This document shows, piece after piece, positions 48,420 to 56,194 of a stretch of DNA of 64,000 nt. The position numbers were made by a program, and so were the translations under genes. The stretch spans positions 1,288 to 65,287 of the forward strand of contig JAEWWL010000007.1 of the NCBI GenBank assembly GCA_023396365.1, read 5' to 3'. Numbering within the stretch: position 1 is the first letter of the stretch; each line of letters starts with the position of its first letter. The DNA comes from Methanobacteriota archaeon (lineage in GTDB: Archaea > Halobacteriota > Methanomicrobia > Methanomicrobiales > Methanomicrobiaceae). The notes beneath the pieces were generated by a model, which was given only the letters and a program-made list of their open reading frames with translations, searched no databases and had not been told where the DNA came from.

Positions 48420-49310
48420 ATGAAGGCACTTATCGCCGAATATACAGTTTTCAATGATCCAAAACTGGCGCCTGAAGGCGGTGCCATGCTAAATATTCTA
48501 AAAAGCAGTTTCATACGCTGCGGATATGAAGTACTTACACCACAGGCCGGAGACTTCGCACAGGAGCTTAAAAGACTCTCGCCAAAGTGCGACGTAGGTC
48601 TTGTCATAGCACCCGATGACATTCTCTCAAAATTTACAAAAATAATAGAGGACAATACAAGAAATATCGGCTGCGGAAGTTTGAATATCGCAATATGCTC
48701 CAACAAGCGCCGCACTGGATCAATTCTCTCTGCTAACGGAATTGATGTTCCAAAAGAGATTGACAAAGGATACAGGCTTATTAAAAAAATTGACGGCGTT
48801 GACGCACAGAACATGCGTTTATCAGACGGGCCCTGCAAAGAAGGCGAGTTTGGCCAGGAGTTTGTAAAAGGCGACAACATCAGTGTAAGCCTTGTCGGCG
48901 GAAGAGTGACCGGGGATACATGCCTTTCATACAGTGGAAAAAAACCTCTGGTTCTATCTTTAAACAGACAGTACATAGAAAAAGAAGGAGATAAATTTTT
49001 TTACAGGGGCGGAGAGACGCCGGTTTTTCATCCGCGTGAGGATGAAATAATAAAGACTGCTGAAAAATGCATCAACGTTCTTGGCTGCCAGGGATATACA
49101 GGCATAGATATGATTGTATCGGATGAGAGAATCTGTGTCGTTGATGTAAACCCGCGTCCGACAACAAGCCTTGTCGGAATATGCAGCATCATGAAAGAGG
49201 AGATTGCCGATATTTTAGTTGAGTCCTCAAAAGGAAATGTCCCGGACAGTGTTCACCTGACCGGCAGGGTATCTTTTAATACAAAAGGGGAGGTTTTTAA
49301 AATTGAGTGA
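48420..49310 (+). CDS. ATP-grasp ligase, MfnD (tyramine--L-glutamate ligase)-like
   Basis: About 296 aa. ATP-grasp C-terminal core GYTGIDMIVSDERICVVDVNPRPTTS. The size and the pairing with the next gene fit the methanofuran/H4MPT-linked ATP-grasp family (from memory). Confidence 0.6.
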   Translation: MKALIAEYTVFNDPKLAPEGGAMLNILKSSFIRCGYEVLTPQAGDFAQELKRLSPKCDVGLVIAPDDILSKFTKIIEDNTRNIGCGSLNIAICSNKRRTGSILSANGIDVPKEIDKGYRLIKKIDGVDAQNMRLSDGPCKEGEFGQEFVKGDNISVSLVGGRVTGDTCLSYSGKKPLVLSLNRQYIEKEGDKFFYRGGETPVFHPREDEIIKTAEKCINVLGCQGYTGIDMIVSDERICVVDVNPRPTTSLVGICSIMKEEIADILVESSKGNVPDSVHLTGRVSFNTKGEVFKIE

Positions 49311-50238
49311 TATTATCGGAATAGATGTGGGCGGCGCCAACCTTAAGATATATGACAGCGGCTCTGTTGAAATTTATTATTGCCCGATGTGGAAGAAAGC
49401 TCCCTTAAAAAAACTTCTTGAATCATATTCGGATAAAAAAGCGGCTGTTGTTATGAGCGGTGAGCTTGCCGACGGATTTTCCTGTAAAGATGAAGGCATC
49501 AAGTTTATCTTCGGTTCAGTTAAAGAGGCAGTGCCTGACTCATTATTTTACGGAACAGACGGCGTGTTTCATGATGAGCCGTTGTCTTCACTTGCAGCGG
49601 CAAACTGGGTTGCATCCGCAGATTTTTTAAGAGAGAGATATAAAAACAGCGTCCTAATTGATTTTGGAAGCACAACAGCAGACATTATTCCTCTCAACTC
49701 ATTTGATTCACTTAAAGGAATGACTGATTTGGACCGTCTCAGAAGAGGCTATCTGGTCTATACAGGAACACTTAGGAGTACAATTCCGTCACTTCTAAGG
49801 ACTGTGAGTGTTTGCGGTTATGAAACACTTGTAAGCAGCGAGTACTTTGCACAGAGTGCCGATGCACATCTTGTTCTTGGGAATATAAGCCCTGATGATT
49901 ACACAACACCAACTCCTGACGGGGCAGAGGTTTCCTGCAGGGCATCGCTTCAGAGACTTTCAAGAGTAGTATGCTCTGATTTGGATGAGATTGGAAAGCT
50001 GGGAGCACTTGAGATTGCGGATGCATTTTATTATGAGCAGATGAATCTGATAAAAAAATATGCAGATCTGACTCTTGAAAAAACACATTCAGAAGATATA
50101 ATCGCGGCAGGCATCGGATCGCATATAATATCAGAATTTTTTGGCTGCACTGATCTTGGACGTGAAGAGGGTATTTTTTCGGATGCTCTTCCTGCCTTTG
50201 CTGTAAGTGAGGTGGCAAAACGGACAGGTATCTTTTAA
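49303..50238 (+). CDS. hydantoinase/oxoprolinase-family protein, H4MPT-linked C1-transfer / MfnF-like
   Basis: 311 aa. N-terminal ASKHA-type phosphate loop IIGIDVGGANLKI and later IDFGSTTADIIP. TTG start at 49303, preceded by GGGGAGG (49287-49293). Overlaps the ATP-grasp gene by 8 nt. Confidence 0.6.
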   Translation: MSDIIGIDVGGANLKIYDSGSVEIYYCPMWKKAPLKKLLESYSDKKAAVVMSGELADGFSCKDEGIKFIFGSVKEAVPDSLFYGTDGVFHDEPLSSLAAANWVASADFLRERYKNSVLIDFGSTTADIIPLNSFDSLKGMTDLDRLRRGYLVYTGTLRSTIPSLLRTVSVCGYETLVSSEYFAQSADAHLVLGNISPDDYTTPTPDGAEVSCRASLQRLSRVVCSDLDEIGKLGALEIADAFYYEQMNLIKKYADLTLEKTHSEDIIAAGIGSHIISEFFGCTDLGREEGIFSDALPAFAVSEVAKRTGIF

Positions 50239-50252
50239 GCCTCATCCTTCTA

Positions 50253-50453
50253 TTGGGATCTCTTGCAGTATCTGCCGGACTCTGTCTTGCAGGTCTTCCC
50301 ATATTTTTTATGCTCTTCTTAATCCCGTTAATTCCCTTCCTGGCAAAAAAGCAAAAACAAAAGTATTGCCCTTTGTGCGGCTGGTCAGCATCAGGAGATG
50401 AAATATACTGCCCCTATGACAAGACTCTTCTTGTTGTTAAGGACGAGAATTAA
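50253..50453 (+). CDS. possible small membrane protein with C-terminal Zn-ribbon-like CxxC...C motif
   Basis: 66 aa from a TTG start. It has one or two hydrophobic segments, then KYCPLCGWSASGDEIYCPYD. No homology recognised, so it may not be expressed. Confidence 0.3.
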   Translation: MGSLAVSAGLCLAGLPIFFMLFLIPLIPFLAKKQKQKYCPLCGWSASGDEIYCPYDKTLLVVKDEN

Positions 50454-50503
50454 TGTAAAAAAAAAATTAAAAAAGAAAAAAGCCTGAAAAAATTATTTCT
50501 TAT

Positions 50504-51724
50504 TCACTGAACCGGTTTTCCGCAGTTTGCACAGAATTTTACACCCGGCTCTAAATCAGCACCACAGTTTGAGCATTTCAAAGAGCCCATGGGATTTCCA
50601 CAGTTAGGGCAGAATTTTGCACCTTTTGGAACATCAAAACTGCACTTTGGGCATTTTACTGTATCGCCGGACTGGGGTGAGCCGCAATTCGGGCAGAACT
50701 TTGCTCCGGGACTTAACGGATGACCGCATTTGACACAGGGGTTACCTGCACCCTGCTGATTAGAACCCTGCTGTTGTGGCTGTCCTGAGCCGAATGCTCC
50801 GGGCGCTCCACCCATCCCTGCACCCATGGACTGGCCCATGACATTTGCCATTGAAAAACCAGCACCCATGCCTGCACCCATTGTCGCAAAGCCTGCTCCC
50901 TCGCCGGGGCCGCCTCCCTGTGCTGCTCCCTGTCCGATATCCTCAATGGCTTTTCCGGTCTGGTACTGCATGTAGTTTACACCAAGTGCTGACATCGCAC
51001 CACGCTTGTCAACAGCCTGCTGCACCTCTTCAGGAAGGTTGATGTTTAATCCGGAGAATTTTGTAATCTTAAGGCCGTACTGCTCGGTCTCGCCTGTAAG
51101 CTTTGAGATGCATATCTGCTCTATCTCAGAAAGATATGCAGGCATGTCCAAAACACCCATATTCTGTTTGGATTTTAACTCTCCTAAGGTGTCATTCAGA
51201 ATCATTACAATCTGATCCTTAAGCCAGCCGATAATCTCGTCTGACTTTGTCATGCCCTTTGTACCTACAAACTGGGTGATAAGAAGCATCGGGTCAGTTA
51301 CCCTGTATGCATACTGACCAAAGACACGAAGCCTGACAACACCAAAATCAACATCACGGAAGCTTAAAGGCTCTGACGTTCCAAAATTTGCACGGAATTC
51401 ACGCTTCTGAACCCAGTAAAACTCTCCGATTTGCGTTACGCCGACAAGAGCTTTTCCAATGCCCTGCAGACCTGTGATGTTCTGCGTTGTCATTGCATAC
51501 CTGTCAGGACGGTCAAAGACCTGCATGGCTTTTCCGTCACGGAAGAATACACCGTATTCATCCTCCCTGACCATCACATTGTCATTCCACTTTATATTTC
51601 TTGGAAGACGCCAGATGATATTGTCTCCTTTGCTCTCCTCAACCCAGTAAAAGCCCTTTCTTGAGTCAGCACCATCTATGTCGCTTCCACCGTGGTAATC
51701 CGGACGTTTGCCAAACAGAGCCAT
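50504..51724 (-). CDS. SPFH/Band-7-like protein with Gly/Ala/Met-rich linker and three C-terminal zinc ribbons (YdjI/COG4260 type)
   Basis: 406 aa. The N-terminal ~260 aa resemble the YdjI-type SPFH domain (VREDEYGVFFRDGKAMQVFDRPDRYAMTT...EFYWVQKREFRANFGTSEPL...). A 65-aa G/A/M/Q linker follows, then three CxxC-x8-11-KFCxNCG units. Confidence 0.8.
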   Translation of the reverse strand: MALFGKRPDYHGGSDIDGADSRKGFYWVEESKGDNIIWRLPRNIKWNDNVMVREDEYGVFFRDGKAMQVFDRPDRYAMTTQNITGLQGIGKALVGVTQIGEFYWVQKREFRANFGTSEPLSFRDVDFGVVRLRVFGQYAYRVTDPMLLITQFVGTKGMTKSDEIIGWLKDQIVMILNDTLGELKSKQNMGVLDMPAYLSEIEQICISKLTGETEQYGLKITKFSGLNINLPEEVQQAVDKRGAMSALGVNYMQYQTGKAIEDIGQGAAQGGGPGEGAGFATMGAGMGAGFSMANVMGQSMGAGMGGAPGAFGSGQPQQQGSNQQGAGNPCVKCGHPLSPGAKFCPNCGSPQSGDTVKCPKCSFDVPKGAKFCPNCGNPMGSLKCSNCGADLEPGVKFCANCGKPVQ

Positions 51725-52261
51725 CTAAAATGCCCCCAGATCTGCCATTGTATTGTGCCTTTCCATAAATACATTTAAAAATTCAACAGCATTCTTCTTT
51801 GCCTGTGCACAGGATTTTTTCATTGCCAAAAAATCACCTGATTCTGCATGAAGAAGAATGCTGTCCGCCTCTTCGCCCATGCTCTCAACAAGACTTATCA
51901 TGTTGAGGTCATAGTCATAGAGCATATCAAGCTGATCTTCACCAATCCTGTAATTTGGAGAAATTCCTGAATATCCCTGATCTGCATGCCTTACTTTTTT
52001 CTCTGCAACGCCTACCTTTGATATCAGCTCACCAATCTCATTCATTACATCAAGGTTCAGTGATTTTGCCGCAGCATCTCTTGCACTTTCAAGAGGAGCG
52101 GACACACCGGTTTTAATCCTGTCTGCTAGCTGGACTCTTAAGAGGCTGTCTGCAATCCTTAAGTCCTCTCTCTTACGATATCCGCGAAATCCGGGGATTG
52201 CAAGCTGGATATTCTTTAAAAGCCCCCTGTCTTCTGTAACTCTGTCTCTTAAATCAACCAT
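51725..52261 (-). CDS. hypothetical all-helical cytoplasmic protein
   Basis: 178 aa with no TM segment and helix-favouring composition (conserved-looking PGFRGYRKREDLRIADSLLR near the N-terminus). Its stop codon directly abuts the ATG of the SPFH gene. No family recognised. Confidence 0.6.
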   Translation of the reverse strand: MVDLRDRVTEDRGLLKNIQLAIPGFRGYRKREDLRIADSLLRVQLADRIKTGVSAPLESARDAAAKSLNLDVMNEIGELISKVGVAEKKVRHADQGYSGISPNYRIGEDQLDMLYDYDLNMISLVESMGEEADSILLHAESGDFLAMKKSCAQAKKNAVEFLNVFMERHNTMADLGAF

Positions 52262-52294
52262 TTAACTCATCCCCTGAAAAAATAAAAAAGGGGT

Positions 52295-52639
52295 TTACTT
52301 CTTTGAATAAGTGTAAACCATAAAAGCCAGTGCAGCACCGACAATTATTCCGCCAAGGAGCGGTACAACCGGAACATCAGGACCGGCAGGGCGTGTTAAT
52401 ATTGAAACTACACCGATAATTCCAAGAAGTCCTGCAAATCCTGCAAGATATGTATTCTTCTCGCCGACACCCATTGAAAGCACTCCAAGGATCATTGCAA
52501 GACCAATGAAGAATACTGCAACTGTGTAATTCATATCCCAGTTTGATATCCATCCGACAAGGAGAGATACTCCAAACATAAGCGCTACTGCTGTCCATCC
52601 CATCTGAAATCTTTTGTCATCTTCTTTCATGTAAATCAA
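52295..52639 (-). CDS. small hypothetical membrane protein (3-4 TM)
   Basis: 114 aa (or 111 aa from ATG 52630), Gly-rich TM segments. Lies 5 nt downstream of the preceding Zn-ribbon gene. Confidence 0.6.
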   Translation of the reverse strand: MIYMKEDDKRFQMGWTAVALMFGVSLLVGWISNWDMNYTVAVFFIGLAMILGVLSMGVGEKNTYLAGFAGLLGIIGVVSILTRPAGPDVPVVPLLGGIIVGAALAFMVYTYSKK

Positions 52640-52644
52640 ACCTC

Positions 52645-53232
52645 CTAAATTCCCGGAGTATATTTGTTCTTATTTCTATAGAACGGCATATAAATTATTC
52701 TATAGGAATTGATGTTAAAGTCATAGTCTATCTCCTGAAGTGTTCCGGAAATATCAGCCTCATGCCTTAAAAACATAAATTCAGAATGCTGCTTTGCAGC
52801 CTCATTGTCAATTGCCGCAGGAATTCTTGCAACTCCGTTGAAACTTTTCTGCTCTTCAATTACAGGCGGCTCAAGCGTGAAATCAACATTCCATTCTTTA
52901 ACAATATCAGGCGCAATGTCGGCCGCACATACAAAAAGATTCTGGTTTCCGGCCATCTTCTTCTCGCTTTTAATAAATCTCATGATTCTGCCGCCGACAA
53001 TCTTTTCCCTGTTTACTTTTATGTCAGTGTTTATAACCCAGAAGGGCATGTATACCTTATCAGAACTTTCGTCTTTTTTGAATGCGGCAATTGTGCTGTC
53101 GACTTTATGGACATCACCGTTAAGAAACTCCATAACATTTTCGCATTTGCTGCAGACAAAGATGTTGTCTCTTTCCTTAGAGGTTAAAGGTGTGCCGCAG
53201 TTTGTGCATTTAAGCGTCTTTAAAGAAACCAT
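52645..53232 (-). CDS. Zn-ribbon protein, soluble paralogue (operon member C)
   Basis: 195 aa. N-terminal CTNCG...CSKC ribbon and two copies of a hydrophobic-Y/F-x-P-F-W/Y strand (VYMPFWVINT, IIYMPFYRNK), as in the two upstream genes. No TM segment. Confidence 0.65.
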   Translation of the reverse strand: MVSLKTLKCTNCGTPLTSKERDNIFVCSKCENVMEFLNGDVHKVDSTIAAFKKDESSDKVYMPFWVINTDIKVNREKIVGGRIMRFIKSEKKMAGNQNLFVCAADIAPDIVKEWNVDFTLEPPVIEEQKSFNGVARIPAAIDNEAAKQHSEFMFLRHEADISGTLQEIDYDFNINSYRIIYMPFYRNKNKYTPGI

Positions 53233-53234
53233 GA

Positions 53235-54269
53235 TTACTTCCTCCTGAGCAGTATCTCAACATTGCCGGTTTTTGCCGCCTGTGCTGCATCCGCACCCTG
53301 TCCCTGTTTTTTAAAGGCTGCTGTCAGGTTAATTGAGGGTTTTTGAAGATCTCCGACAATAATTTCTGATTTGTATCTGAACTGATAATAAGACATATAC
53401 AAAACTGCAAGTCCGACAATGCTTGTTGCAACAACAAGGCCGCTCTCCTCAAGAATTGAAAATCCAAGACCAATACCTGTTATTGCACCGCCAATGCTTC
53501 CTCCCGCACCAATCGAAAGACTCTGGTAGAGAGGATCTCCTGGTGCTCTTCCGGATAAAATTTCGCCTGTTATTCCGTCTGTGACTGCAAAGTAATCCCT
53601 GTCTGAATAGTTGTACCTTACAACCCAGAATGGATAGAATATAAGCTCAAAAGCCTTGGGATCGACAAAAATCTTTGAGAACGTAACTTTTTCAATTCTG
53701 CCTCTTGCGTTTGAATAAGTCATGTCGGCAATTTTTTTCCTGCCCTCTTCTAATGCATCACTTTTGGATTCTGTTGCTTCAAAGGTTGGAATCTCCTCCT
53801 CTTCATAAGGAACAATATCACCTTTGATATTTCGAAGGTAGGAAACACCGATATCCCCTGCATCGCATGCGATTATTGTATAGAGATAATCAGAATCCCA
53901 GACATTATTGTAATAATTTTTTGTTGTCTTTCCATCGTCATCCTTGTCTTCGGAATATCCGCAGATAATTGCTTTTCCTCTTCCTAAAAGACGCCAGAAC
54001 GGGAGATACAGAGGATAGCTTTCAGTGATCTCGCCTTTTTGCGGCAGATCACGAGCTTTAAATCCGCCTTTAAACCAGCTTTTTACATTTGAAACTGCCT
54101 TGTCGCGGTCAAGGACCATTTTATACATATATTTTGCAGTTCCCTCTTTTGACTCAAGAGAATGCACACTGCTGCAGAACGGGCATAAAACTATCTGCTC
54201 TCCCTCAAAAACTTCAACTCTTCCTCCGCAGGAAGGGCAGTTCATTCCAAAAACAATTCTTTCTGCCAT
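53235..54269 (-). CDS. Zn-ribbon membrane protein (operon member B)
   Basis: 344 aa. N-terminal CPSCGG...CPFC ribbon, repeated strands LYLPFWRLLG and IFYPFWVVRY, and two Gly-rich TM helices near the C-terminus. Confidence 0.65.
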   Translation of the reverse strand: MAERIVFGMNCPSCGGRVEVFEGEQIVLCPFCSSVHSLESKEGTAKYMYKMVLDRDKAVSNVKSWFKGGFKARDLPQKGEITESYPLYLPFWRLLGRGKAIICGYSEDKDDDGKTTKNYYNNVWDSDYLYTIIACDAGDIGVSYLRNIKGDIVPYEEEEIPTFEATESKSDALEEGRKKIADMTYSNARGRIEKVTFSKIFVDPKAFELIFYPFWVVRYNYSDRDYFAVTDGITGEILSGRAPGDPLYQSLSIGAGGSIGGAITGIGLGFSILEESGLVVATSIVGLAVLYMSYYQFRYKSEIIVGDLQKPSINLTAAFKKQGQGADAAQAAKTGNVEILLRRK

Positions 54270-54272
54270 AAT

Positions 54273-55052
54273 TTAAGCCTCCGCAGGTGTCTGTGGCTCT
54301 CCAGGCATCTCAGGTGTTTTTGTAACCTTCATTGCAAAGTAGTAGCCGGTAAAAAAAGCTGCAGCAACAAGGACGTAAAAAACAAAGGAGACAAGTATTC
54401 CCAAAAGGCCGCCTATAAAGGCAAGTCCGAAACTTCCTAATGCAACAAGCCCGTAAGGAATAGATGATCTTGCAGGATAATTTGAAGAATATACTTTTCC
54501 TGATGAGCCGTCGATTACAACTTTGTAGGACTGGCCTTCAAATTCATAGTCAACTTCATATATCGGGAAATATACTAAAGCCTGCTCTTTTCCGACTCCT
54601 TCAAGATCATTTATGTACGCATCCATTCCAAAATCGACATCGAGAACTTTTGCATCTCCCGGTTTGAAGGATTCATCAAAAATCCTGATATCACCGGCAG
54701 GAATTAAAAGATTATTCATTCCCGGAAGAATTGTTCCCTTTGCAGGTTTTATATCAATTTTTTCCTTTCCGTTTACATCTCTTCTAAACTGGTAAACCGG
54801 GAAATACTGCTTGCTTATAGCAATTATTTTTGCTTTTGATTCAAGCTCCTTATCAGCGTGTGGATTTGCGGTCCACCTTTTGAATATTCCCTTTGCTTTC
54901 TCATCAGTTATGAAGAACGGAAGGACATAATAAAACATCACACCGCTTCTGTCCACAAAAACAGTAGTGCCGCAGTATTTGCAGCTTGTTAAGTGGATGC
55001 CTGTACTGACATTCACATCTCCGCCGCATTTGGGGCATGCAAAACTTGACAT
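54273..55052 (-). CDS. Zn-ribbon membrane protein (operon member A)
   Basis: 259 aa. N-terminal CPKCGG...CKYCG ribbon, repeated strands YFPVYQFRRD and VYFPIYEVDY, and two C-terminal TM helices followed by a Pro/Glu tail. Confidence 0.65.
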   Translation of the reverse strand: MSSFACPKCGGDVNVSTGIHLTSCKYCGTTVFVDRSGVMFYYVLPFFITDEKAKGIFKRWTANPHADKELESKAKIIAISKQYFPVYQFRRDVNGKEKIDIKPAKGTILPGMNNLLIPAGDIRIFDESFKPGDAKVLDVDFGMDAYINDLEGVGKEQALVYFPIYEVDYEFEGQSYKVVIDGSSGKVYSSNYPARSSIPYGLVALGSFGLAFIGGLLGILVSFVFYVLVAAAFFTGYYFAMKVTKTPEMPGEPQTPAEA

Positions 55053-55174
55053 CTAAATTAAATACCACATAACGGATTAATAATTCTTTCGAATAAAACA
55101 AAAGGATTCATAATCCAGAAAAAATACGCAGAGATAAATGAAAAAAAGAAGATTAAAAAAAAAATTATGTTTTT

Positions 55175-55528
55175 TCAGGCTGACGGATTTTTGATAATCT
55201 TTACCTGAACATTTGCATCAGAGCCAAGTCCGATTAGTGCCCAGTTCTTTACAGTCATTGTCGTATCAGCTGTAAGGACGATTACCTTATCAAAGCTCTT
55301 TTTGCCTTTCTGATCATAATCGGATGCTGAATCAAATAATACATCAATATCTGTATCTGATGTTAAAGCAACCCTGTATGTTCCTGCCGAAAGAGAATAT
55401 ATGTACTGATCATTGTCAGGCACATTAATTGCCTCATCATAAATCACTTCATTTTGAGATGTGCACCCTGATGACAGGACAGAAAGAATCAAAACTAAAA
55501 AACCCAGACCAAGAATTATCTTTTTCAT
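55175..55528 (-). CDS. small secreted lipobox protein
   Basis: 117 aa. Signal peptide plus lipobox MKKIILGLGFLVLILSVLSSGC, and a beta-rich mature part. No family recognised. Confidence 0.55.
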   Translation of the reverse strand: MKKIILGLGFLVLILSVLSSGCTSQNEVIYDEAINVPDNDQYIYSLSAGTYRVALTSDTDIDVLFDSASDYDQKGKKSFDKVIVLTADTTMTVKNWALIGLGSDANVQVKIIKNPSA

Positions 55529-55638
55529 GATTATAATCCCGCGTCTTTAATATTTTAATTTTTTGGGGTTTTAAAAAAAATTAAATCAGAACGCTTAAAA
55601 ATGTCAGATAATTTAAAATAAAAATTTTTTAAGAGAAA

Positions 55639-55983
55639 TCAGGCGACCTTTTCAAGAGTCAGACTGACTGTTTTTCCAAGTATAACATACTCAAATGAAA
55701 GCTTTTTGCCGTCATCGCTTATCCGTCCTGTTATCGGATTTCCAACGCCAAAATCAAGATCATATACTTTGTCACCTTTGGCTGTCCATTTGCCGTCTGT
55801 TCCGACACCATTTACTGATAAAATGAATGTTCCGTCTTCATGGAATGTCGATTCGATATTAATAAGAGGGATTGTGTACTCTTTCCAGTAACCTACAATG
55901 GGATCAGGCCCCATACATCCTGCAGCTGTTGATGCTGCAAGCAGACAAAAAACCAGACCAACCAGAAATCCAATCTGTTTCAT
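55639..55983 (-). CDS. small secreted lipobox protein (lipocalin-like beta-rich)
   Basis: 114 aa. MKQIGFLVGLVFCLLAASTAAGC, then a GYWKE...DGTF...DGKWTAKGDKVY pattern of short beta strands. Confidence 0.55.
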   Translation of the reverse strand: MKQIGFLVGLVFCLLAASTAAGCMGPDPIVGYWKEYTIPLINIESTFHEDGTFILSVNGVGTDGKWTAKGDKVYDLDFGVGNPITGRISDDGKKLSFEYVILGKTVSLTLEKVA

Positions 55984-56130
55984 ACTTTAATTAGATGTTA
56001 TGATTCATTAATATTAATTTCCAAATTCACATAACAAAAAGCAAATTGAAAGAAAAGTATTTTTGGAAAAAAAAAGCTGATAGAAAAATAAATGAATTGT
56101 ATTTTTACACTATTAAAATTCTGGAAAAAG

Positions 56131-56164
56131 TTAAAAATCAAACAAAATTAAAAATCAAACAAAA
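56131..56164. repeat. perfect tandem duplication, 17 nt x 2 (ttaaaaatcaaacaaaa) with a partial third copy
   Basis: Read directly at 56131-56147 and 56148-56164. ttaaaa follows at 56165. Confidence 0.95.
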
Positions 56165-56194
56165 TTAAAATAAAAAAAGGGAAATTAGTTAAAG

